Positions 13,374-20,891 are shown, counted from the first letter of the stretch. The stretch is DNA of 24,000 nucleotides from Actinospica robiniae DSM 44927 (GCF_000504285.1 NZ_KI632511.1:5228154-5252153), one strand, 5' to 3'. Numbers and translations are program-made. The notes: a model not told the origin generated them from the sequence alone.

Positions 13374-13772
13374 TCATGGGCGCGGCTCCACCTGGAGGAC
13401 CTTGTTGCGCGACATCTCACGGACCTGCGTGCCGCTCCAGGCGAGCACGAGGATGATGGCGCAGAAGCCGAACACCCGGCCGTTGAAGGCCGTGGAGTCG
13501 CGGAAGGCGTTGAGCAGCACCGCCAGGGCCACGATCTTGACCATGTAGCTGCCGAGGGCGGCGATCATCATCGCCTGCGGACTCGTCCGGGCGGCACGCC
13601 CCACGACGTAGCGCGAGATCGAGAAGAAGACCGTCACCACGGCGAGCGCGAGCAGGGCTCCGAGCGCTCCCTTGGTCCCATCGACTATGGAACCGACCGC
13701 GACGCAGGCCACACCGACGAGCGCGGTGGGCACCGCGGATCGCCGTAGCGCGCGGACGTCTTCGGCCTGCAT
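13374..13772 (-). CDS. atpI: ATP synthase protein I-like membrane protein
   Basis: 132 aa with about four hydrophobic helices. ATG start with GGAG 7 nt upstream. First gene of the atp cluster, as in Streptomyces and mycobacteria (Rv1303 position). Confidence 0.7.
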   Translation of the reverse strand: MQAEDVRALRRSAVPTALVGVACVAVGSIVDGTKGALGALLALAVVTVFFSISRYVVGRAARTSPQAMMIAALGSYMVKIVALAVLLNAFRDSTAFNGRVFGFCAIILVLAWSGTQVREMSRNKVLQVEPRP

Positions 13773-13891
13773 ATCAAGTCTCCGAGGCGGTCATCGGTCG
13801 GTGGCTGCCGGGGATACGGCTTTCTGGCTGTGATTCTAGAAGATGCTTGATCGGCCTCGAGCAGGGGGGTGCGCGATTGCTCCGATCGGGT

Positions 13892-13920
13892 CTTCTATCT
13901 GCTCGTGAAACCTATCACAA
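13892..13920 (-). promoter_or_regulatory. Tentative atp operon promoter
   Basis: On the minus strand, TTGTGA (13920-13915), a 17-nt spacer, then TAGAAG (13897-13892). An alternative TANNNT, TAGGTT, lies at 13914-13909. Located in the 207-nt gap upstream of the atpI-like gene. This rests on a weak motif match only. Confidence 0.2.
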
Positions 13921-13979
13921 GTGTCGTCGCACGTCTGCCGTGGGGCGCGTGGTATGGATCACGCCACCGTACGCGCAGG

Positions 13980-15245
13980 TCAAGACGGGTCTCGAGGACC
14001 GACTTCGAAGGCTGATGAATAGTTGACCAGGTCGCGTGAGGCCTCGTCATCCGACGCGGCGTCACCCGGCGCGGCGTGTCGGGCGCGGCCGCCGGGCTTG
14101 CGCTCGGCCCGGTCGTCGAAGTGCTTGCGTGCCCGCGGCAGCAGCAGTCCGACCAGGCCGAGGAAGGCCAGGCCCATCGCGGCGAGCACGACCGGGCGCG
14201 ACTGCGAGGAGACCGAGACCATGAAGACGGTGAAGGAGATCAGGGCCGACCAGAAGTACATGATCAGGACCGCGCGACGGCGGGAGTGCCCGATCTGCAG
14301 CAGCCGGTGGTGCATGTGCTCGGCGTCGGCCGAGAACGGCGAGCGCCCGGCCTTGGTGCGCCGGACCACGGCCATCACCGTGTCCGCGATCGGCAGGGCC
14401 ACCGCGCAGAACGGCAGCACCAGCGGCAGGAAGGCCGGCACGGTCTTGTAGGTCGCCCCGGTCTGCGATCCGATCATCACCTTGAGCTGGTCCGGGTCGA
14501 TCTGGCCGAACTCCAGGATGGTGATGACGGCCAGCATCATGCCCAGCAGCATCGAGCCGGAGTCGCCCATGAAGATCCGGGCCGGGGACCAGTTGTGGCA
14601 CAGGAAGCCGAGGCACATCCCGATCAGCACGATGGTGACCATCGCGGCCGGCACGATCGTGCTGACGTTGTAGGCGCCGGTCTGCAGCCGGTAGGCGTAG
14701 ACGAAGAAGGTGCTCGCGGCGATCGCGACCATGCCGGAGGCCAGGCCGTCGAGCCCGTCGACGAAGTTGACCGCGTTGATCATGCCGACGATCAGGACCA
14801 CCGAGACGGTCACGGCCAGGTTGGGCTCGAGGCTGATGATGCCCACGCCGGGGATGGAGATCCAGGTCAGCTGGATGCCCATCTCGACCATGATCGAGGC
14901 GGCCAGGGTCTGCCCGGCCAGCTTGATGAAGGCGTCCACGCCCCAGCGGTCGTCCACGATGCCGATGGCGATCAGGATGGACGAACCGATCAGCAGCGCG
15001 TGCACGGTCGGGGTGCCCTGGAAGACCCAGGTCTCCATCATCGGCAGGTGGGCCGCGGCCAGCAGCGCCACCAGCATGCCGATGAACATGCCCACGCCGC
15101 CGAGGCGCGGGATCGGGGTGGTGTGCACGTCGCGCTCGCGCACCGCGGGCGCGGCGCCGAAGCGGACCGCGCCGACCCGGACGAGGCCGGTGGTGAGGTA
15201 GGTGGTGATCCAGGCGATGGTCAGCACGACCAGGTACTCGCGCAT
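13980..15245 (-). CDS. wecA: Polyprenyl-phosphate GlcNAc-1-phosphate transferase (MraY/WecA family, Rv1302/rfe-like)
   Basis: 421 aa, polytopic. Motifs NAVNFVDGLDGLA and IFMGDSGS are typical of the family. Sits directly upstream of the atp cluster, as in M. tuberculosis. Confidence 0.9.
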   Translation of the reverse strand: MREYLVVLTIAWITTYLTTGLVRVGAVRFGAAPAVRERDVHTTPIPRLGGVGMFIGMLVALLAAAHLPMMETWVFQGTPTVHALLIGSSILIAIGIVDDRWGVDAFIKLAGQTLAASIMVEMGIQLTWISIPGVGIISLEPNLAVTVSVVLIVGMINAVNFVDGLDGLASGMVAIAASTFFVYAYRLQTGAYNVSTIVPAAMVTIVLIGMCLGFLCHNWSPARIFMGDSGSMLLGMMLAVITILEFGQIDPDQLKVMIGSQTGATYKTVPAFLPLVLPFCAVALPIADTVMAVVRRTKAGRSPFSADAEHMHHRLLQIGHSRRRAVLIMYFWSALISFTVFMVSVSSQSRPVVLAAMGLAFLGLVGLLLPRARKHFDDRAERKPGGRARHAAPGDAASDDEASRDLVNYSSAFEVGPRDPS

Positions 15246-15340
15246 CGAGGACTGATCGCCGCCTTCCGGACCCGGGCATGTTTCGGTGGAGCTTCAGGGT
15301 AACGGCAGCAAGGCCGTCACGCAGAAACAGACGCTTGTCC

Positions 15341-15364
15341 GGCCCACCCGGTTTCCGGGGGGCC
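15341..15364 (-). terminator. Candidate glyA terminator hairpin
   Basis: On the minus strand, GGCCCCCCGG-AAA-CCGGG(T)GGGCC: 10 bp with one bulged T and a tight loop. Lies about 90 nt after the glyA stop, followed by ...GTCTGTTTCTG. The U-tract is weak. Confidence 0.3.
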
Positions 15365-15453
15365 GGGGCGCCAGGGCGGCGCGATACGCCCAGGTCACAA
15401 GCGCGGCTCGGGGGCGGGGTCGGGGCCCGGGACGGCCGGGCGCCCGCGTCGGG

Positions 15454-16758
15454 TCACGAATAGAGCGGGAAGCGCTCGAGGAGAGCGGCCACCTCCTCGG
15501 CCACACCGGGCTCCGGGGCCCGCACGGCCCGGGCGATGAGACCCGCGATGAGCCGCATCTCCGGCTCGCGCATGCCCTGGGTGGTCACCGCGGCGGTGCC
15601 CACCCGGATCCCGGAGGAGAGCATCGGCTTGGCGGTGTCGTAGGGCACGCAGTTGCGGTTGAGCACGATCCGCATCCGCTCGCACCGCTGCTCGGCCTCG
15701 CGCCCGCTCACCCCGCGCCCGGCCGCGATGTGCACGCCGCGCAGGTCGAGCAACGCGAGGTGGGTGTCGGTGCCGCCGGTCACCGGGCGCATGCCCTCGC
15801 GGGCGAGCGCCTCGGCGAGCACCCGCGCGTTGGCCACGACCTGCCGGGTGTACGCGGCGAACTCGTCCGTGGCCGCCTCGCCGAAGGCCACCGCCTTGGC
15901 GGCGACCGCGTGCATCAGCGGTCCGCCCTGGGCGAACGGGAAGACCGCCCGGTCGATCGCGTCGGCGAACTCGGCCCGGCACAGGATCGCGCCGCCGCGC
16001 GGGCCGCGCAGGGTCTTGTGCGTGGCCAGGCTGACCACGTCGGCGTACGGGACCGGCGAGGGCACCGCACCGCCCGCCACAAGGCCCGCGATGTGCGCGG
16101 CGTCGACCAGCAGGTACGCGCCGACCTCGTCGGCGATCTCGCGGAACGCGGCGAAGTCGATCAGCCTCGGATAGGCCGTGGCGCCGCAGACGATCAGCCT
16201 CGGCTGGTGCGCCTTCGCCAGATCGCGCACGCGGTCGTAGTCGATCAGCTCGTCGTCCTCGCGCACGGGATAGCCGATGGACTGGAACCAGGTGCCGGAG
16301 AAGTTCCCCGGCGATCCGTGGGTCAGGTGGCCGCCGTGCGGCAGCGCCATCGCCAGGATCTTGTCGCCGGGGCGCAGCAGCGCCGCGTACACGGCCAGGT
16401 TCGCCGAGGCGCCGGAGTGCGGCTGCACGTTCGCGTGCTGGGCGCCGAACAGCGCCTTGGCGCGGTCCACGGCCAGCCGCTCGGCCCGGTCGACCTCGGC
16501 GCAGCCGCCGTAGTAGCGCCGGCCCGGGTAGCCCTCGGCGTACTTGTTGGACAGGACCGAGCCGAGGGCGGCGAGCACCGCCGGCGAGGTCGGGTTCTCG
16601 CTGGCGATCAGTTGCAGGGTGCCCCGCTGGCGTTCCACCTCGTCCAGGATCACGCCCGCGATCTGCGGATCGGTCCGGATGAGGTCGGCGAAGTCGGGGC
16701 CGTAGAAGGGAGAGGCGGACCGGGTGGAGGCCGGAGTGGGAGCAGCGACGGGAGCCAT
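15454..16758 (-). CDS. glyA: Serine hydroxymethyltransferase
   Basis: Track ORF trimmed to the ATG at 16758 (MAPVAAPTPAS...), giving 434 aa. Contains LQLIASENPTSPAV and the PLP-lysine motif THKTLRGPRGG. Confidence 0.95.
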   Translation of the reverse strand: MAPVAAPTPASTRSASPFYGPDFADLIRTDPQIAGVILDEVERQRGTLQLIASENPTSPAVLAALGSVLSNKYAEGYPGRRYYGGCAEVDRAERLAVDRAKALFGAQHANVQPHSGASANLAVYAALLRPGDKILAMALPHGGHLTHGSPGNFSGTWFQSIGYPVREDDELIDYDRVRDLAKAHQPRLIVCGATAYPRLIDFAAFREIADEVGAYLLVDAAHIAGLVAGGAVPSPVPYADVVSLATHKTLRGPRGGAILCRAEFADAIDRAVFPFAQGGPLMHAVAAKAVAFGEAATDEFAAYTRQVVANARVLAEALAREGMRPVTGGTDTHLALLDLRGVHIAAGRGVSGREAEQRCERMRIVLNRNCVPYDTAKPMLSSGIRVGTAAVTTQGMREPEMRLIAGLIARAVRAPEPGVAEEVAALLERFPLYS

Positions 16759-17042
16759 GGGCCACGCTCCTAACACGAGGGGGAGAAACCGCTGGTGCTG
16801 AGGGGGACTCCTCCACACTAAGCACGCGTCCCAGCCGAGGCACTAGGCCAAAAGTCCCGCTTCGCCGAGCGGTGGTTCACGGGGGCTCGCCCGGCGGCGC
16901 GTGCATCGTGCATTCACGCCGTCACCCTCGGCGCCCGAAAGCGTTCATGAATGACCTAACGTGAGTGTGAAATTGCGTCAGGTTATATTTCCGAAACATT
17001 CGAAACGCCTCGCACATAAGTAATCACATATTGTGGACGAAT

Positions 17043-17072
17043 TTGAAAATATCGGAAGAAGTGCTCTACGGT
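17043..17072 (+). promoter_or_regulatory. Tentative promoter for the riboswitch-rpf transcript
   Basis: TTGAAA (17043-17048), an 18-nt spacer, then TACGGT (17067-17072, TANNNT), within the AT-rich region about 35 nt upstream of the riboswitch P1. This rests on a motif match only. Confidence 0.25.
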
Positions 17073-17106
17073 CGAAGACGTCCGAAATTCCGGACCCGGG
17101 TCGAGA

Positions 17107-17300
17107 ACGCCTAATCCTGCCCATCGGCCAGCGGATTCCAACTAAGTAAGGGGCAGGAGCGGAGGACCCGAATATCGCCGGGACGCGGACTGTATCCGCA
17201 GGTCCAAGGCTTGGGGTGAATCTTCCGGGGGGATAAATAATCTCCCGGTGGTAGGGCCACTTTCTTCCGGCCCGAATCCGACAGCTCACTTCGCAGGCGT
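17107..17300 (+). promoter_or_regulatory. ydaO/yuaA-class (cyclic-di-AMP) riboswitch
   Basis: Conserved cores are present: CGCCUAAUC (17108-17116), GAGCGGAGGACCCG (17157-17170), GGGGUGAAUC (17213-17222) and CCCGAAUCCGACAGCUCACUUCGCAGGCGU (17271-17300). The closing helix is ACGCCU (17107-17112) paired with AGGCGU (17295-17300). It sits upstream of an Rpf gene, the typical actinobacterial context. Confidence 0.8.
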
Positions 17301-17323
17301 GGGAGAGAGGAAAAGTCTTCAGC

Positions 17324-18010
17324 ATGACCAAGCTCGCCCCCAAGTCTTTCACCCGCCGCGCCGTGGCCACCGCCGCGCTCGCCGGCGCCGCGATCGCCGT
17401 GCCGGTCGTGATGGCCTCCACCGCCTCCGCCGACTCGGTCAACTGGACCGCCATCGCCAACTGCGAGTCCGGCGGCGACTGGTCCATCGACACCGGCAAC
17501 GGGTTCTACGGCGGCCTGCAGTTCAGCGAGTCGACCTGGCTCGCCTACGGCGGCGGCCAGTACGCGCAGTACGCCAACGACGCCAGCGAGTCCCAGCAGA
17601 TCGCCGTGGCCGAGAAGGTCCTGGCCGGCCAGGGCATCGGCGCGTGGCCGGTCTGCGGCGCGTACGCCGGCAGCTCGACCACCTACAGCGGTACCAACAC
17701 CTCCGGTTCCGGCTCGTCCTCGTCCTCGTCCTCCGCGGACAAGAGCAGCGGCTCGAACTCGTCCGGCTCCGGCTCCTCGAGCTCGTCGAAGAGCTCGAGC
17801 GACTCCGGCTCCTCGAGCTACCAGGGCAAGCACCGCGCCAAGTCCTCGTCCGCCTCGGGCAGCTACACCGTCAAGGCCGGCGACACCCTCTCGGGCATCG
17901 CCCAGAAGGAGGGCGTCTCCGACTGGCACACGCTCTACCAGGACAACGAGTCCGTCGTGGGCTCGAACCCGGACCTGATCTACCCGGGCCAGGTGCTCCA
18001 GCTCGGCTGA
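17324..18010 (+). CDS. Secreted resuscitation-promoting-factor (Rpf) transglycosylase-like protein with C-terminal LysM domain
   Basis: 228 aa. Signal peptide (AVATAALAGAAIAVPVVMASTASA). Rpf domain: VNWTAIANCESGGDWSIDTGNGFYGGLQFSESTW...IGAWPVCG. A Ser/Gly-rich linker follows. LysM: YTVKAGDTLSGIAQKEGVSDWHTLYQDN...IYPGQVLQL. Purine-rich Shine-Dalgarno GAGAGAGGAAAAG upstream. Confidence 0.93.
   Translation: MTKLAPKSFTRRAVATAALAGAAIAVPVVMASTASADSVNWTAIANCESGGDWSIDTGNGFYGGLQFSESTWLAYGGGQYAQYANDASESQQIAVAEKVLAGQGIGAWPVCGAYAGSSTTYSGTNTSGSGSSSSSSSADKSSGSNSSGSGSSSSSKSSSDSGSSSYQGKHRAKSSSASGSYTVKAGDTLSGIAQKEGVSDWHTLYQDNESVVGSNPDLIYPGQVLQLG
17767..17819 (+). repeat. 17-nt perfect direct repeat within the Rpf Ser/Gly linker
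   Basis: ctccggctcctcgagct occurs at 17767-17783 and again at 17803-17819. The 36-nt offset keeps it in frame. Confidence 0.9.
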
Positions 18011-18025
18011 ACCCCGGGCGCATGA

Positions 18026-18072
18026 GAGAAGGGGTCCTGCCCGGGTGCGTGCCCCGGGCAGGACCCCTTCTC
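18026..18072. terminator. Bidirectional terminator between convergent rpf and tsaC
   Basis: GAGAAGGGGTCCTGCCCGGG (18026-18045) is the exact reverse complement of CCCGGGCAGGACCCCTTCTC (18053-18072): a 20-bp stem with a 7-nt loop. Lies 16 nt after the rpf stop and 9 nt from the tsaC stop. Confidence 0.75.
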
Positions 18073-18080
18073 CTGCGTTC

Positions 18081-18722
18081 TCAGCGGGTGAGGTTGCTCG
18101 CGACCTTGGCGATCTCGTCGAAGGTGAGCGCGCCCTCGCGCAGCAGCCGCGGCGCGTCGCCGGTCAGGTCCACGATCGTGGACGGGACGCTGTCGACGGT
18201 CTGACCGCCGTCGAGGTAGATCTCCACCAGAGTGCCGAACTGGTCCTGCGCCTCGGATGCGGTGGTGGCCGGAGCGTGGCCGGACTTGTTCGCCGAGGAG
18301 ACCCCGAGCGGGCCGGTGGCCGTCAGCAGCTCGATCGCGACCGGGTGCAGCGGCATCCGCAGCGCGACCGTGCCGCGGGCGTCGCCGAGGTCCCACTGCA
18401 GCGAGGGCTGGTGTCGGGCCACGATCGTCAGCGCGCCCGGCCAGAACGCGTCGACCAGGTCCCAGCCCTTCTCCGAGAACCGGGAGACCAGGCCGTGCAG
18501 TGTGCTCGGCGCGCCGACCATCACCGGGACCGGCATGTCCCGGCCCCGGCCCTTGGCCGCGATCAGCGCCTCGATGCCGGAGCTGGAGAAGGCGTCCGCG
18601 CCGATCCCGTAGACGGTGTCGGTCGGCAGCACGATCAGATCGCCCCGGCGGACGGTCGCGCCGGCCTCGCGCAGGCCGGTCGCGCGCTGATCCGGATCAG
18701 CGCAGTCGTAGCGGCGGCTCAC
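18081..18722 (-). CDS. tsaC: L-threonylcarbamoyladenylate synthase (YrdC/TsaC family, Rv1301-like)
   Basis: YrdC-domain motifs LPTDTVYGIGADA and GPLGVSSANKSG. The GTG at 18722 is preferred (GGAGG 9 nt upstream) over the track TTG at 18731, which abuts the Shine-Dalgarno. Confidence 0.88.
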   Translation of the reverse strand: MSRRYDCADPDQRATGLREAGATVRRGDLIVLPTDTVYGIGADAFSSSGIEALIAAKGRGRDMPVPVMVGAPSTLHGLVSRFSEKGWDLVDAFWPGALTIVARHQPSLQWDLGDARGTVALRMPLHPVAIELLTATGPLGVSSANKSGHAPATTASEAQDQFGTLVEIYLDGGQTVDSVPSTIVDLTGDAPRLLREGALTFDEIAKVASNLTR

Positions 18723-18768
18723 GGTTATCAACCTCCATGCTGACGGGCGGAGTGTTCAGGTGCTGATG

Positions 18769-19662
18769 CTAGGGCCTGAGCCCGTCCTTGCGGGCGGTGA
18801 AGAACCGGGGACGGCCGGTCAGGTCGCGGTGGTCGCCCGCCTCCACCCAGCCCAGCTCCTCCAGGAAGATGCGCTGCACCGAGCCGCCCTGCTGGTCCGA
18901 GTGCTCCACCGCCAGCCAGCGGCCCGGCCGCAGCAGCCGGTGCGCGGTGCGCTCGAGCGCGCGGATCATGTCCAGGCCGTCCTCGCCGGAGAACAGGGCG
19001 AGTTCGGGGTCGTAGTCGCGCGCCTCGGTGGCCACGTACTCCCACTCGGTCAGCGGGATGTACGGCGGGTTCGAGATGACCAGGTCCACCTGGCCGTTGA
19101 GCTCGGGCAGCGCGGTGCGGGCGTCCGCCTGATGCAGCGTCACCCGGCTGCCCTCGACGTTGCGCCGGGTCCACTCGAGCGCCTCGTCCGAGAGCTCGAC
19201 CGCGTGCACCTGCGCCCGCGGCACCTCCTGGGCTATGGCCAGCGCGATCGCGCCGGAGCCGGCGCACAGGTCCACGATCAGCGGCTCGGCGATGTCGAGC
19301 TCGCGCAGCCGGTCGATCGCCCAGCCGACCATGACCTCGGTCTCCGGCCGGGGCACGAACACGCCGGGGCCCACGGCCAGCTCGAGGTAGCGGAAGTAGG
19401 CGCGGCCGGTGATGTGCTGCAGCGGCTCGCGGTTCTCCCTGCGGGCCACCGCCTCCCAGTAGCGCGCGTCGAACTCGCGGTCGGGCACGGTGTGCAGCCG
19501 GCCGCGGGTGACCCCGTGGATCCAGCCGGCAAGCTCCTCCGCGTCCGCGCGCGGCGAACCCACCCCGGCCTCGGCCAGCCGGGCGGCCGCGAGCGCGACC
19601 TCCGTCAGCAGCAGGTTAAGGCCCGGCGTCACTGCCGGGGTCTCGGCGGGGGTGGAGGACAT
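18769..19662 (-). CDS. prmC: Release-factor glutamine N5-methyltransferase
   Basis: Track ORF 18769..20139 trimmed to the ATG at 19662 (MSSTPAETP...), 7 nt after the prfA stop, giving 297 aa. SAM motif [11 protein letters not shown] and catalytic NPPY (VISNPPYIP). Confidence 0.92.
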   Translation of the reverse strand: MSSTPAETPAVTPGLNLLLTEVALAAARLAEAGVGSPRADAEELAGWIHGVTRGRLHTVPDREFDARYWEAVARRENREPLQHITGRAYFRYLELAVGPGVFVPRPETEVMVGWAIDRLRELDIAEPLIVDLCAGSGAIALAIAQEVPRAQVHAVELSDEALEWTRRNVEGSRVTLHQADARTALPELNGQVDLVISNPPYIPLTEWEYVATEARDYDPELALFSGEDGLDMIRALERTAHRLLRPGRWLAVEHSDQQGGSVQRIFLEELGWVEAGDHRDLTGRPRFFTARKDGLRP

Positions 19663-19669
19663 CGTCGGC

Positions 19670-20743
19670 TCAGTTCCCCGGCCCGGCCAGCTTCGCCGCG
19701 AGGTCGGCGTCCACGCAGGACTGGATGACCCCGTCGAGGTCGCCGTCGAGCACCTGGTCGAGGTTGTAGGACTTGAACCCGGTGCGGTGGTCGGAGAGCC
19801 GGTTCTCCGGGAAGTTGTAGGTGCGGATGCGCTCGGACCGGTCCATCGTGCGGATCTGGCTCTTGCGCACGTCCGAGGCCTCCTTCTCGGCCTCCTCCTG
19901 GGCGAAGGCGAGCAGCCGGGCGCGCAGGATCCGCATCGCGGACTCCTTGTTCTGCAGCTGCGACTTCTCGTTCTGACAGGAGACGACCACCCCGGTGGGC
20001 AGGTGGGTGATGCGCACCGCGGAGTCGGTGGTGTTGACCGACTGGCCGCCCGGGCCGGAGGAGCGGAACACGTCGATGCGCAGGTCGTTCTGGTTGATCT
20101 CGACCTCGACCTCCTCGGCCTCCGGCAGCACGAGCACACCGGCGGCGGAGGTGTGGATGCGCCCCTGCGACTCGGTGACCGGGACGCGCTGCACCCGGTG
20201 CACGCCGCCCTCGTACTTGAGCCGGGCCCAGATGCCCTCGCCCGGCTGCGGCGTGCCGCGCCACTTGACGGCGAGTGAGACGTCCTTGTAGCCGCCGAGA
20301 TCGGAGTCGGTGGACTCGATCAGCTCGGTCTTCCAGCCCTGACGCTCGGCGAAGCGCAGGTACATCCGCAGCAGGTCGCCGGCGAAGAGCATCGACTCCT
20401 GGCCGCCCTCGCCCGCCTTGATCTCGAGGATCACGTCCTTCTCGTCGTTCGGGTCGCGCGGGATCAGCAGCTGCTGCAGCTTGCCCTCGAGCTCGCCCTT
20501 GCGGGCCTGGAGCGCGGGCAGCTCCTCGGCGAAGGACGGGTCCTCCGCGGCCAGCTCGCGCGCGGCCTCGATGTCCTGCGCGTTCGCCTGGTGCGACTTG
20601 TACGTCTCCGCGATCGGAGTCAGCTCGGCGTAGCGCTTGCCGAGCTTGCGGGCCAGCGCCTGATCGGCGTGGACCGCGGGGTCGGCCAAGCGCGCCTCGA
20701 GCTCCCCGTACTCGACGAGCAGTTCCTCAATCGCCTCGAACAC
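19670..20743 (-). CDS. prfA: Peptide chain release factor 1
   Basis: 357 aa with GTG start. GGQ motif (SGPGGQSVN) and an RF1-type PxT tripeptide (PVT in [14 protein letters not shown]). Confidence 0.96.
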   Translation of the reverse strand: MFEAIEELLVEYGELEARLADPAVHADQALARKLGKRYAELTPIAETYKSHQANAQDIEAARELAAEDPSFAEELPALQARKGELEGKLQQLLIPRDPNDEKDVILEIKAGEGGQESMLFAGDLLRMYLRFAERQGWKTELIESTDSDLGGYKDVSLAVKWRGTPQPGEGIWARLKYEGGVHRVQRVPVTESQGRIHTSAAGVLVLPEAEEVEVEINQNDLRIDVFRSSGPGGQSVNTTDSAVRITHLPTGVVVSCQNEKSQLQNKESAMRILRARLLAFAQEEAEKEASDVRKSQIRTMDRSERIRTYNFPENRLSDHRTGFKSYNLDQVLDGDLDGVIQSCVDADLAAKLAGPGN

Positions 20744-20839
20744 CTTGGGTTCCTCGGCTCCTCATGTCATGCGACCGGCGAGTGGACGGCCGACGGGTCA
20801 GTGGCACAGCAGGTCACTGGCCCGCGGCCGCACATGCGA

Positions 20840-20884
20840 GACGGCGCCAGCCTGCGGGGCCGTAGCCCGCACGCTGGCGCCGTC
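20840..20884 (-). terminator. Strong GC hairpin immediately downstream of rpmE (candidate hairpin-only terminator or processing site)
   Basis: GACGGCGCCAGC (20840-20851) pairs with GCTGGCGCCGTC (20873-20884), and TGCGGG (20853-20858) pairs with CCCGCA (20866-20871). That is 18 bp with one C/C mismatch and a 7-nt loop. Lies 7 nt after the rpmE stop. No U-tract. Confidence 0.45.
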
Positions 20885-20891
20885 CGACGCG

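Noticed and set aside
16828-16925. A possible ZTP (pfl) riboswitch in the glyA leader.
   Set aside because: The closest matches to the conserved cores as I remember them (GACUGGCG and CCGCCUGGGC) are GUGACGGCG (plus 16917-16925), GCCGCCGGGCG (16888-16898) and CGGCUGGGAC (16828-16837). All lack the conserved U or have substitutions. Their order and spacing do not give the P1-P2/pseudoknot/P3 architecture. Only a covariance-model scan could overturn this.
16966-16980. A CRP-like site, TGTGAAATTGCGTCA, upstream of rpf and glyA. Rpf genes are CRP-regulated in some actinobacteria.
   Set aside because: The left half-site TGTGA is perfect. The right half is displaced by one base (N7) and matches TCACA at only 3 of 5 positions. 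That is insufficient to call a site.
16978-17499. A 173-aa minus-strand ORF spanning the AT-rich region, the riboswitch and the 5' end of rpf.
   Set aside because: It runs antisense through a recognisable riboswitch and the Rpf signal peptide and catalytic domain. It has no SD or family resemblance, and its codon usage in the AT-rich part is atypical for this genome.
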